Shown here piece after piece: positions 12,320-25,163 of a DNA stretch of 64,000 nt. This stretch comes from Bugula neritina. Its lineage: Eukaryota > Animalia > Bryozoa. Location of the stretch: contig OZ037769.1 in the NCBI GenBank assembly GCA_964035545.1, positions 10,322,633 to 10,386,632 of the forward strand, read 5' to 3'. The number at the start of each line of letters is the position of its first letter. The first letter of the stretch is position 1. A program made the position numbers and the translations under genes. A model generated the notes under the pieces. The model ran no database searches and was not told where the DNA came from. It saw only the letters and a program-made list of their open reading frames with translations.

Positions 12320-15300
12320 CGTTACCAGGTGGCCCATAGTGATGACGACCGTGAGGAGCAAAAAGACGCAGTATACGAGGCCTTTTTCTGAACAACCCTG
12401 AGTTACAATGATACTACCTGGCCGCCAAAGTAACCACCATTGAAGAAGCCCTGGCCCTAGGAAAGGCCTACTACTAGATAGAAAGACCTCAAGGGGCGGA
12501 TTTCACAACCAATCAGGTTGATGAGCAGCCTGCATGAAGTCATGAAGGCGGATCCGCCGAGCCCGCAGATCATAGCCGCTGCTACTGATACCCCTTCACC
12601 TGACCGACTCGCCATGCTGATGGACATGATGAAAAGTTTCCAGACAAAGATAAAGAAGATGCAACAAGAGTAAGCTGATAGGCAGGCACCCAGATCTTGG
12701 GCCATCAGTTCTTCGTATCTCACCTGTTGGAAATGCGAGCCTCGAGTCGTACGAAAAAGCATGTATCCTCTTTTACGGCATTATTACGCTACCTGGACAC
12801 GTCTGTAATTAAGTAAATTACGAGACGTTCATCATCAGCTACCTGAAGGAAGACGCTATCCTGAGAATGCCTTTTCTGGAGAAACACCAGTGTCACATGA
12901 ATTTCCAGAAGTCGGCGGTGGTGATGGCTGGGAAAGAGCTTGCCTGTGTGGACAAGTTTGGTAGGCCCTTGGTGAGCAGAGTCTAGGTAGTGCAGGACTG
13001 CACAGTTACGGAAAAATCCCAGGCTACTCTTTGATGTAGAGTCAACTGCAAGGAAATTGCTGACCTGGAAGTGGTGGAGAGAATGCACGGAGCAATTCGA
13101 CTGGCAAACAGCCTAAATTGGCTAGACTGTCAGAGAGAGCTTCTCGTGCAGTGCATCAACCCCTCTACGGAATCGGTCCGATTATCGGCTGGGGTGCTGT
13201 TAGAGAATTACCACTCCATCCAAGAAGCTGATGTTAGGGCTGGCACTGGAAACAGTGACCAACACCCAGGAAAATCTCCCTTGTGCCTGTCGAGAAGCAG
13301 TTCCAGAGCACTTGGCTGACTTGTATGGTGGAGCATGTGGCAATTGTACTAGTAGCGCTGAATGCCAAGTAGTGGCTCAACTACTGATAGAGTACAGCAA
13401 TATCTTTAGTTGGCAGCAATGGAGACATAGAGCTGACTAAGGTTATCTCTCACGACATACCCCTGGCAGCTGCCACCAACCCTATCAGGCAGCCAACCCG
13501 ACGTTTAGACCTGGAGAAAAAGGTGAGCCGACTGGTGCAGGATCTTCTCGACCAAGACCTGATTGAGCCAGTGTGTAAAGCTCTTTGGTAGTCTTGGTCA
13601 TAAAGAAGTAAGGTAGCTAGAGCCATTCTGTGTAGACTACCGCAGACTCAACAGCGTTACTATCAAGGATGCCTACCCTCTCCCACAGATAAATTAGTCT
13701 CTGGATGCCTTCGTATGTAGAAAGTACTTTAGAACTTTGGATCTGCTTAGCGAGTACTGGCAAGTACCCCTCAGTCCTGATGCCCAGGGCAAAGCCGCAT
13801 TTATTACCCGTGATGGGCTTTGGAAGTAAAAAGTACTGTCATTCGGACTTATGCCTGCCTCGGCAACTTTTCAACTGCTCATGAAGCAGGTCTTTAGTGG
13901 TTGCACTGGGAGATCCTCCTAATCTGCCTAGACAATGTCATTGTCATCTCCCCAGACTTTACGACTCATGTCAGTCGTATGCAAGAGGTCTTTGACTGCC
14001 TCCGGGCTGCTGGACTAAAGGTGAAGCCCTCCAGGTGTGCACTCCTGCAGCAGGAATTCATGTACCTGGACCATGTGGTTGGCCGTAATGGGGTCGCCAC
14101 TCACCTGGAAAAGGTACAGACTGTAAAGGAGTGGGCTGTTTCCTGGGACTTCTTTAGGTTGAAGGCATTCCTGGACCTGGTAGCGTACTACAGACAGTAC
14201 ATAACCAAGTTTGCGGGAGTGACTCATCTCTTGAATCAGTTAACCACCAAGGGAGTTTTGTGGCAGTGAACACAGAAGGAGCAGCAGGCATTAAACCACT
14301 TCAAGCAACAGCTAATAGAGGCGCCAATTCTGGCGCATCCTGATCCAGCCAAAGAGTACATCCTGAACACCTACGCCAGCGATCACAGTGTGGGAGCTGT
14401 TCTGTCTCAGGTACAGGGTGGAAGTGGGGTGGTTCTCGCTTATTACAGCAAAACTCTTGCGGCAGCCGAAAAGAACTACTGCACTACTAGGAAGGAGCTC
14501 CTAGCAGTAGTCAGGGCGGTCAAAGGCTTCCGGCCACATCTGTATAGGAGAACATTCGGATTATGAACAGACCATGCGTCTCTGATACGGCTGTGCAAAC
14601 GTACTGAGCTCTCGAGTCAGGTGGCTCACTGGCTGAATATTATTGCTGAGTTCTCCTACCGAAGAAAGCACCGTGCAGGTAAGAAGCACGGAAACGCCGA
14701 CGGCATGAGTCGCCGGCCAGTAGAAGACTGCAAGCAATGCCTGCACATCGAGAAACAAGATGGGGACCCGCTCGCCTTGACGTCAAGACACAGTTGGGAG
14801 ACGGCAACATCTATCGTTGGGAGCACGGCTATTTATGGCCCCGAAATCCACTCAGAGGACGTCCAGGCATTTCGATTTAACTCAACACAGTACTAGAATG
14901 TCAAGGAGCTCTGTCGACTGCAAGAGACACTACCTGAAAAAAAAGACTAACGACCTACAGAGGAACAGCAATGGCAAGTGGACGCTGAGTTCCAATTTCT
15001 CTGCCGTCGTTGGAATTCTTTCCAGATTCGTCGGGATGGCTTTCTGACAATGACACTTGCAGAAGACAACTGTCGACAGGAGTAAAGTCGCGTCGTATGC
15101 CCATGGGCTCTCTGTCGGAAACTCATCTGAGATCCCCATAAACAGGCTCATGCTGAAGCCAGTCAGGTCATCAGATGCCTACAAATGCAATGATATTGGC
15201 CCGAAATGACCAGGGATTTGCGATTAAGAATTTGCAATATGAAGCCAACAAACGCGGACGCCCCACCGAAACCACAAGTCGGGGCAAGATATACACCAGC

Positions 15301-16180
15301 TGGCCTTGGCAGGTCGCGAACCTCATAGGACCAATGTCGATGTATTTTGGTGTTAACAGACCATTTCACTCAGTGAGCGGACACCCTGGCATTCCCAGAC
15401 GCATCAGCCCCCACTGTAGCCCGGGTGCTGGACCAACAAGAGTTCTGTTATTTTGGCCTGCCGTAACAGATACACACGAACCAGGGCGCCCAATTCCAAT
15501 CCCAGTTGATGAAAGACCTCTGCAGGACATGGGAGAGGGGTGAATCAGAGCCAAACCACCCCACATCACCCCCAAAGAAATGGAGTGGTAGAAAGAAATA
15601 ATCGAATGCTGGGTGACGCTCTCCGTCGCCTTCTTTTGGAGAGGAGCCAAAAGGAGTGAGACCTCATGTTGCCACAAATCTTGCGGGCGTATCGAAGTAA
15701 ACCTTACTTTAGCACACAAGAAACACCAAACCTGTTAATGTTGAGCCACAAAACCAGAGTCCCCGAGCACCTCACATACAATGTTCCAGTTCCGGGGTTC
15801 CCTGTACATGAATACGTAGAGAAATTAGTGGAAACAATGAGAACGGCTCATGAGGCCCTGCGGGAGAAGCAGTGGGCAGTGCGGACGAAGAATTCCGAGG
15901 AGCCACCCTTATCTCGAGAGGGAGACTGGGTGTGGATGGTCAGCTACCGTAGGTGTCGCAGACAGTCTGCTAAACTGCAGTCCAAATTTGCTGCACCCTA
16001 CTGCGTAGTAGAGGTTTTGCCCAACCACACATACCATGTGGAGCGCTCAGAATAGATCTCTGTTCAAAACGAGCAGCGGCTAAAACCCTACTACGGTAGC
16101 CGGAAGCAGCAGGACAAACACCGCCATTGCTTGAGCCAGCCCGTCAACCCATCTCTCGAGGGAGGGCAACTCGAGTGCTA
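12320..16180 (+). mobile_element. Degenerate Ty3/Gypsy internal region (gag end, PR remnant, RT, RNase H, integrase); no LTRs seen
   Basis: Fragments KVTTIEEALALGKAY, CVDYRRLN, CLDNVIV, KKHGNADGMSR, GVVERNNR, LQSKFAAPY with many stops and frameshifts. Close nucleotide similarity to the element at 54733-60883. Confidence 0.88.
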
Positions 16181-16432
16181 AATATTTTTGAGAAATACAT
16201 ACAGTAAACATTTACAAGTTGCTGAATAATCTAACCTGTTAGTCTCAATAAATATCTAAAACTAAAAAATTAAATTGGAAGACGTTGAATGTTCATAGGT
16301 TTATTTCAGGCTCTTTTTTAATTTCTGAGGTTGTTAATAAACCATGTAAAAAAAACTTACTATAAGAATAGCTGCAATTTTAAAACTAATTGCAGTGACT
16401 CTTTTTACATGTAATACTTAAAGAATGCGTGA

Positions 16433-17610
16433 CGGAGCAGATGTGGTCTAGGGGTTAAAGCGCTTGCTTCGTAAAAACTAAGACATGGTCAAGACAAGGG
16501 TCCGACAACACTGTTTGCTTTCTCCAACTCTCTTTAACATATTCTTGGAAAGAATCATGACTGATGCACTTAAAGAGTACAATGGAACAGTCAGCATTAG
16601 ATGCAGAACAGTTACCAACTTGCATTTTGCAGACGATATTGACAAACTAGAAGGGTAAGAACAAAGGCTCGCCAAACTTGTAGAACAACTGGACACAACC
16701 TCAGCAGCGTACGGCATAGAGATCAGTGCTGAGAAAACTAAGCTGATGACCAACAATACCGACGGCATCAACACAGGCATCAAAGTCAATGGAGATAAAC
16801 TTGGAACTGTCAAGAGCTTCAAGTACCTTGGGTCAATCGAATCAGATGAAGGATCAAAGCCTGAAATTCTCTCTAGGATTGCGCAAACAACAGCCGCCTT
16901 GATAAAACTGAGGCCTGTTGGAAATGACAAAAGCATCATGCTCAGATCAAAGATCAGACTGGTGTAATTACTGGTCATCTCCATGTTCCTGTACGCCTGT
17001 GAGTCATGGACACTGAGAGCAGTTTTGAAGAGAAGAATAAAGGTAACTGAAATAAGCTGCTACTGCAGGTTCCTAGGCATCTCCTACAAGGACCACATCA
17101 CAAATGTTGAGATAAGGAATAGAGTCACAAACGCAGTGGGACATCACAAAGATTTTTTGACTACTGTGAAGAGATGGAAACTAAAGTGGTATGGGCATGT
17201 CACAAGATCCACAGGACTTCCCAAGAAAATCCTACAAAGAACTGTACAAGGAGGGAGAAGGAGAGGCAGGCAAAGAAAGAGATGGGAGGACAACACCACA
17301 GAGTGGACCGGAAAGACACTGAGCGACAACTTGAGGAGGACAGAGAACAAAAAGGAATGGAGAGAGCTGGTTGCCAAGATCAACAGTGGTGCCCTAACGG
17401 TCGTCCCAACCAAGGGATAGGTAAAAAAAGGTAAAAAGACATGGATTCCAACCTGACAAAAGCCATTGGTAATGTTAGGAAGAACATCCAGTCATAATTG
17501 CTCTTGAGCCTTATTTGAACAAGTCCTTAGCCCGATCTGACAAGAACCTTTTCCATAAGAGGTTTTCTCACAAGAATGGTGACTATAAACTTGAGAGAGT
17601 TTTTGTTATA
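16433..17610 (+). mobile_element. tRNA-derived SINE split by a LINE insertion (head ~16433-16488, remainder ~17436-17610)
   Basis: A-box-like tggtctaggggttaaagcg. The remainder (degenerate B box, ggtaatgttaggaagaacatccagtcataattgctc, tataaacttg tail) matches SINE copies at 28060-28262 and 51290-51507. Confidence 0.8.
16489..17435 (+). mobile_element. 5'-truncated RTE-type LINE (RT C-terminal half) inserted into a SINE
   Basis: FADD, FKYLGS, FLYACESWTL, LKWYGHV and GRRRGRQRKRW motifs; (ggtaaaaa) tail; TSD aagacatgg at 16480-16488 and 17436-17444. Confidence 0.88.
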
Positions 17611-18459
17611 AAATGCATATCTGCAGGAATGTTTGATCTGTTATGTACCAGCCATTTAAACAGAAGTTATATACATCTACTGTTTGATGAAGAAGTAACT
17701 AGACTCATGTTGATCTTAAACACATTTACAGTTACCTCTCAATTAAAGCAGCTATCTTTATGAGAAAGCAAATATTTGCATCACTATAACTAAGTAGGTA
17801 GGTGACTCATAAACCAGTCACGCAATAATTTATACAAAAACGTTATTGAGTAAATATGGCTATAATATAGTACTGACAGCATAGCAGAGTATATAATTAT
17901 GTTCCATAATAATCACTAATCAGCATCAAATACTGCATGTAAACAGTTTAAGTCTTGTGGATTATATGATATATTGTAGTCTTATTACACTGTAAGTAGA
18001 ATATAATATATTAATATATTAGACATTTACTATATGGGTGTGTATTGATGAACTGTAATGACCTCACTGAGCTGAGTATTAGTAAACTGTAACTGATAAT
18101 TTTAGTATTTTATTGGGTATCTCCTCAGTCCACCATATCCACATGCTAGACACACTTTGTCTTTGTTATACACAGCAATGTCCCACACCGAGCAATTTAC
18201 ACCAAGACTTTCTCTAGGAATTGTTACTATCAGTTTACCTGAAAATAAAATAACACCAGACTTCTCACTCAGAAAGACTTTTTTTAAAGATGGGGCTAAG
18301 TAGATTATGTTGAAGATAACAAAGTACTACCTGTAAGATGATCTGATGTTGACAAGCTACAAGCTAACAAGTACTAAAGCTACTGACAAGTGATAGCCGA
18401 AGGAAAGCCAACAAGGAACACTCTGGAGCTGGAGCTTAGCCTGGTAGGTTAACACTACA

Positions 18460-18477
18460 TGGCGCAGTCGGCAGGAT
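18460..18477 (+). promoter_or_regulatory. Primer-binding site, probably tRNA-Ser
   Basis: TGGCGCAGTCGGCAGGAT immediately after the 5' LTR is complementary to a tRNA-Ser-like 3' end (AUCCUGCCGACUGCGCCA). Confidence 0.8.
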
Positions 18478-18788
18478 ATTGAGGAGACAAGAGTTACAAA
18501 AGAGAGAAGTGTGTTGTTTGGAGTTCACTAGACTTCAGAGGTTTATATTTGGAAAAAAGAGTTGAGAGGCTTGTTGAGAAAGGTGGTGAGTGTTGACTTT
18601 TGAGCAATTTATAAAGAATACTAATAGATTCAGAATAAGAGTGACTGCGAAAGGGACTGAGAATTAAACTTTGAGAGACACGGATGCGCCCAGAGATTGG
18701 AACTGAGAGTACAGTGCATAATCACGAAAGAGCTGCTTAAAATTAAATTGTTTTATTTACTCTATTAAAACTGCTCAAGTGTTATAGT

Positions 18789-20162
18789 ATGGCTCATGAA
18801 GACATCAAATTAGACCTTAATGCTTTTCCTAAATTAAAGTTGGATGAAAGCAACATAACCAAATCTTGGAACTCATGGCTCATTCAATTTAAATTGAGTA
18901 TAGAAGTTACTTCCCTTAATGCAGGGTTTGAAGTAGTAGGGGATGAACAGGTTAGCAGATTTAGAGGTAGGAGAAAGCTTTTAGCTCTGTTAGGAGCTGT
19001 AGGGTCAGAAGGTCTTGATACTTTACAGTCATTAGATTTTGATTTGAATAATAACTCTGATGATGGATATGAGTTAGCCTTAGACTTACTGCAATCTCAC
19101 TATGATAGAGATGATACATTTTATGTGAAAACCATGAAGTTTGTCACTGTGACCCAAGCTTGTGGAGAAAACGAAATTGATTATTTGCTAAGAGTTGAGA
19201 AGCTAAGTAGAGCAATAAACTTTGGCAATAATGATGATGTTAGAATGGGATTTGCAGTTGCACTAGCAGTTAATGGTTTAAGAAATGCAGGATTACGTAG
19301 ACATTTGTTGCAGCATGCTAACCTAAGCTGGGAACAGCTGAAAAGAAAAAGTCGTGCTGCACATTTAAGTAAACTTTCTGAGGATGCTTTAAATGCAATA
19401 AACAATGAATGCATAGATGAACAGTCAATTGGTAGACTCACATATTCTTACCAAGCTAATGGTAACTCAGAACATTGTAAGAAAAGAGATAAAGTCCTAC
19501 ATAGATCTGATTATGATAAGATAACTTCTATCAATAGAGACAACTCTTTTTCAAAGAAAAAGGAGGCATGTAATTCATATCAACATTGTATTTATAAATC
19601 GCAAAATGCTTACAAAAGTCATGGTAGATGCTTTAGATGTGACCGTACAGGACATTATGTGAGAAACTGCCCTAAAACCCGTTGCTACATGTGCAAGGAA
19701 TTCGGCCACATTGCTCAAGATTGTTCTGATAACGAAAGATACCATCACAAAAAGAGATATGTGGAACAAAGAGAAAACAGGATCGGAGTTATGGACTCCT
19801 TCAAATCAGTGAAGTTTTCTAAAAAGAGTGATGTGACTTATAATCACAATGTCAGTCCTAAAATAACAAGGACTTTACTAGTTAGTGGTAGGCGTGTAGA
19901 ATTCTTGCTAGATACTGGGTCTGAGGTTTCTACACTTACTGAGGCGACTGCAGAAAAGTTGAACATTAAATTAAAGGAACCAGATAAGCATATTACAGGT
20001 GTTGATAAGTCTTTGGTGAATGTGCTAGGCAGAGCTAAGGTTTGCATTGGCGACTTCAACAGATTTGTGGATACCAAGATTTATGTATTGGCAAACTCTA
20101 CTGAAAATTTGCTTGGTATAGCTGATATTACTAGGTTAAAATTGCTGGATCTGCAATGTTGA
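18789..20162 (+). CDS. gag: Gag (two CCHC zinc knuckles) fused to retropepsin aspartic protease
   Basis: CFRCDRTGHYVRNC and CYMCKEFGHIAQDC knuckles; FLLDTGSEVS active site; NLLG C-terminal motif; stop immediately after the protease. Confidence 0.92.
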   Translation: MAHEDIKLDLNAFPKLKLDESNITKSWNSWLIQFKLSIEVTSLNAGFEVVGDEQVSRFRGRRKLLALLGAVGSEGLDTLQSLDFDLNNNSDDGYELALDLLQSHYDRDDTFYVKTMKFVTVTQACGENEIDYLLRVEKLSRAINFGNNDDVRMGFAVALAVNGLRNAGLRRHLLQHANLSWEQLKRKSRAAHLSKLSEDALNAINNECIDEQSIGRLTYSYQANGNSEHCKKRDKVLHRSDYDKITSINRDNSFSKKKEACNSYQHCIYKSQNAYKSHGRCFRCDRTGHYVRNCPKTRCYMCKEFGHIAQDCSDNERYHHKKRYVEQRENRIGVMDSFKSVKFSKKSDVTYNHNVSPKITRTLLVSGRRVEFLLDTGSEVSTLTEATAEKLNIKLKEPDKHITGVDKSLVNVLGRAKVCIGDFNRFVDTKIYVLANSTENLLGIADITRLKLLDLQC

Positions 20163-21440
20163 TATAAAATGATACATGTGTGTTGTAGGTATGGAAAAGT
20201 GTATTGATGTTCACTGTAATGATATAAACACATTATTGCAGTGGAATACTATGGAATGACAGGCAGAAACAGTTACCAACAATGTTGTCTGCTCCCGTGA
20301 GTTTAACTCATGGAAGACTCTGTAAGCCGACGAGAGAAGTCAGTTGTGACCCTCGCTGTTGCTTCACGGGGTGTGAGCCGAGTGTAGTCTATATGCAGAC
20401 CCTCGACATCTCACTTTCAGATAATATGATAAATGTGAGGTTTGACCTCAGTACTGACATGACATCATCAACATTGCTACTAATGTTGTCTGCTCCTGTG
20501 AGTTCCTTAGTTTAACTCATAGAAGACTCTGCAAGCTAGCAAGAGAAGTCAGCCTTGACCCTTGCTGCTACTTCACTTTCAGATAATATGATAAATGTCA
20601 AATTTGGCATTGTTCTTCCCAACAGTGCTAGCAATGAGAAGAGGTGGGATTCGACATCTAGGACTGAGCCACTTTGAACCACTTCATAATAAGTTTAAGT
20701 ATTCAAGGGCATTAGTTGAAAGCTAGTTTTGTTTGAATTGATTGCACTTCTCTTTTAAAAGAAAAGGGCATGTGGAATTATTAGCATCATGATGATGATA
20801 ATATAGATATGTGTTCTGGTATTCTGAAAATGTGCTCTTGTGCCCTGCTTCTCTTTTGTAAGGAGGGAGCATGTAAGATGATCTGATGTTGACAAGCTAC
20901 AAGCTAACAAGTACTAAAGCTACTGACAAGTGATAGCCGAAGGAAAGCCAACAAGGAACACTCTGGAGCTGGAGCTTAGCCTGGTAGGTTAACACTACAG
21001 ATCGTTTGTGGCATTAAACTTGTCATAAGAAATAGCTTTCGGCTTCATGCTCATATTGATATATAAAATCACTGCTATACAGAGCAAATTACACTATTAT
21101 GAAATAGATAGACAAATAATTAAATCATTAAAAAGCAATACAAGCATAGCAACTGAAAATGCAAAAAGCATGGTAACTGAATAATTTACAAAGGCTGTCA
21201 GGTAAACTTAGATATTTGCCAGTATAGAGATGATTTTATAAAATTAGCTTTTGCTAAGTATGTTAATGAAAGCGTATTGCAAAATCCACACCTAGATTGT
21301 CAATTGAACGTCACAAAAAAAGTGAAGAGTCCTTTAAAGTAAGCATTCAGTGTTCTAAGAATTTTTAACATGGATTAAAAATATGACTTAATTAAAAAAA
21401 ATAAATAAACTTGCATGAGTTTTTCTACGACTTAATAAGC

Positions 21441-21994
<554 letters not shown>

Positions 21995-22702
21995 CTCTAT
22001 TTTGAAACCAAAGTTAATACCTACTTCCAACATTCTGCTACATAATTTCCTTACTTATTCATGTAGCATCTTTACTTATAGTATTATAGTATCATCATCA
22101 TTTTCTATACATACTCGAGAAGATAGATTGCTAACATCAAGGGATATATTGTCCAATATATTACTATAAGCTGTTATCTGCATGTTACATTCTATTCACT
22201 ACAAGTAAGGTCAACTACTGCCTGAAGTAAATTTATCAATAAAATTATACTAAAAATGCAATTTAAGTACTCTTTGATCTAATACGTAATAGTTTGAGGC
22301 ATTCAAAAAACAAGAAAATTGAAAGGAGTTTATTATAGTATAAGCTGGTTCAGAAGAATCTCAGCTTGCTACTTAGTGGACAGATCACGAGCCCACCACA
22401 TCTTGAGAATTTATAACGGAGCTGAATACTGTATTATTTATATTCCAATAGCATGAATACAGACCATGAAGTGATGAACACCCTGAATAACATTGAGGTC
22501 ATCACGGTATGTTTAAGGTGGATATTTTGAAATATTTTAAACATACTCGCATATAGAAGCTTTCTTTATTCCTAAGGTTAAACTTATATATTTAACTTGC
22601 AGGAAGAATGTAGAGACAAAACCCATGTCAGAATTGCATCTAAATAATATATGACCTGCATGCATGGATTTTGTGTTAGACTTGACTATGTTATAAAGAA
22701 AG

Positions 22703-23661
22703 ATGAGCAACCAGAGTGTAGCATACAGAGATATTCTACCCTGTCACAATGACACAGATCTATGCTATCATCCATTTGTACAGATTCTCGATGGAGTGAA
22801 CTGTCTGTCCATAATTCTCAATATTCTACATCTGGTTGTACTGAATCAGATGAAAGAGATTAAAACTACCAAATATTTCTTGATTCTTGTAAACTTTAGC
22901 ATCTCTGATATAATATTCAGCGTTTCAAGTATTCTGTATTACAACTGTGGGGTTAGGGAAACCATTTTGCAGCTTCATAAACTAGCTGCTTATTGGATCT
23001 CAATGCTTACATTTGCTGGAATTGGAGGAGGAACCATCTTAAGATTCTTAGCGTTTTTATTGTCAAGTATTGAGAAGTATATTGGAGTGTGTCAACCATA
23101 CATGTACAGCACACACTTTTTTATTAACAATCTCAAGTGTTTGACCGTAGTCGCTTTTATTTTTGGATTAATTAGTCCAATTGTATTCGGCATGATACTA
23201 AAAATAGACTTTGCTGGACATCACTAGCAGTTCAAATTATACCCACCACTGTTGAATACAAAGTAATGTATATTTGGTTTGCAGTTCAAAATTTGATTCT
23301 GTCCTTTCTAATATCTGTTATACTGGTCAAAGTGTGGAAAGAGCTGAAATTAATGATTAAAAGAAACTCATCTGAAGATAAACTACTGATATCAGTCAGT
23401 AAATACATTATTTGGAGTTATGTTGTCTACCAACTTAACCTTTTGTTTGTTATTGTAGTTCTAATTTGTCAGACTTTAAACTTTCTTTCCACCCTCACAA
23501 TTGCAGTAGAAGCAGTAAGTGCAATTTTAGTTTCAATGTATGGCATTGTGAATATTTTTATGTTCATTTACTTTCATCCCAAGTATATTGATCATGTAAA
23601 GAGTATTTTAAGATTAGCTACTCGTTCTCACAGAGTTATAAGACCTGGAGACATCAATTAA
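22703..23661 (+). pseudogene. Rhodopsin-like (class A) 7TM GPCR, single coding exon with one frameshift
   Basis: ORF1 gives TM1-4 (ILNILHLVVL, LVNFSISD, IEKYIGVCQP as DRY equivalent). ORF2 gives TM5-7 (YGIVNIFMFIYFHPKY). ECL2 Cys (LCW, 23209-23217) lies in the ORF2 frame. Likely 5' UTR intron (gtatgt ~22507 to ttgcag ~22602) and AATAAA ~23849. Confidence 0.8.
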
Positions 23662-24897
23662 CATATAACACTGTATATGTTACTGTTTGAGTTCTTATAG
23701 CTGAATGTAATACCTCTCACTGTTATTAGTTATGTAGAGTACTAATTTGTTAATTTAGCTATCAGCTGTTGTTAGCTTATGGTGCCTTTGGATACGAAAC
23801 AGCTAACCGACTGTTCTATAATATTGTGTCATTATTAGAAGTTGATAATAATAAAATTAGTCCATGTTATAAAACATGTCATTCTGTGAAGATCTTAAGT
23901 GAACAGGTGTAATTAGTTTATATTTTCTAACATCATATTGTGAGATATTAGTCATTAAAACTTATCATATATTTGTTAAGAAATTGTTAACAGTGCTTGT
24001 TCAACTTTAACCATCAATCAATCCTTACAATAAATTAAATATGCTTTGAGCAAAAAAATATTTTATATTGTCCAACGTCAGCCAAGTCATTCAAACATCT
24101 AAGTAATACAACTAAATTATAAAGTTCTATTAAGATAACTGCAACTTTTACATCTTAAATCTTAGATTATGCTTTGGTGATGCTATAGAATGACCGCGGT
24201 GATAGCTGGCTCTCTCTAAAAATTGTTGTGCATTAGTTGACACGAAGGTATACTGAAAAACTCTAACTCAAATGAAACTCAATCACTGCTCATTGGCATA
24301 TACACCAATGTAAAACATTTAAAGCTATTGGTAAATAATTATTCCATCAATTAATTAATAATCTAACTTAGTATAGCTCTGTCAATGGTTTGGCTAGAAG
24401 AAACTGCATCAATTTTTAGAATAAAATATGTATTACAAAATCAACAAGAATTGCTCTCATTATAAATTTTGAATTTCTGCAGCCAATTACATTTGTATGA
24501 TATACATATACAGGGAATTTTGATTGCAACTTATTGATAAACCTAGCTCTTCATATCCCTTGTAAGTACTTCAATGAGTTGAATGTTGTGTTTGATATTG
24601 ATTACAAATAAAGCGAGTAATGAGAAAGTCTTAATTGCATTTTTTATACACATGTTATCATTTTTGATGATATACCTATAGTATACATAAAAAATTAAAA
24701 ATAGAAATTATTTTAAATGTAAATTTGGCACTGTGGCTTATGCCATAGCTAATCACTAACTTAAACTAAGCATATATAAGTATTCTTAAGTTATTTTACT
24801 TTGTTCAGTAATACATGCATGTCACACACAATTTAGGGAAAATACTAAATGCATTAATTTTAGTAGAAAATCTTGTTGGTAGTGGCTTTCTCGTTTA

Positions 24898-25163
24898 ACC
24901 CCCAAGACACAATTTGTCACACAGTAGGCAGTCACGTAAAATATTAGCCATTATTAATGTGTCTGGGTTGAAGTTATCCAATCGCGCTGTTCGACATTTA
25001 TATTCAATAAATTGATGAGAAAGTCCTCGCTCGCAACTTTTTTGAATTCACCATTGCTTGATCCTGACGCACCACAACGTCTTACGGGAAACGCGGGTAT
25101 TTATAAAAATGGTTGACATTTGCGGTTACGAGCCTATAACGTAGCAAAGTGTGTCTAGAGGGT
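24898..25163. mobile_element. Putative MITE
   Basis: Imperfect TIR acccccaagacacaatttg / caaagtgtgtctagagggt; TSD not confirmed. Confidence 0.45.

Larger units (their letters stand above)
18332..20999 (+). mobile_element. Short non-autonomous LTR retrotransposon encoding only Gag and protease
   Basis: Identical 128 bp TG...CA LTRs (18332-18459 and 20872-20999); PBS at 18460; PPT aaggagggagca at 20860-20871; one 457 aa ORF. Confidence 0.93.
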
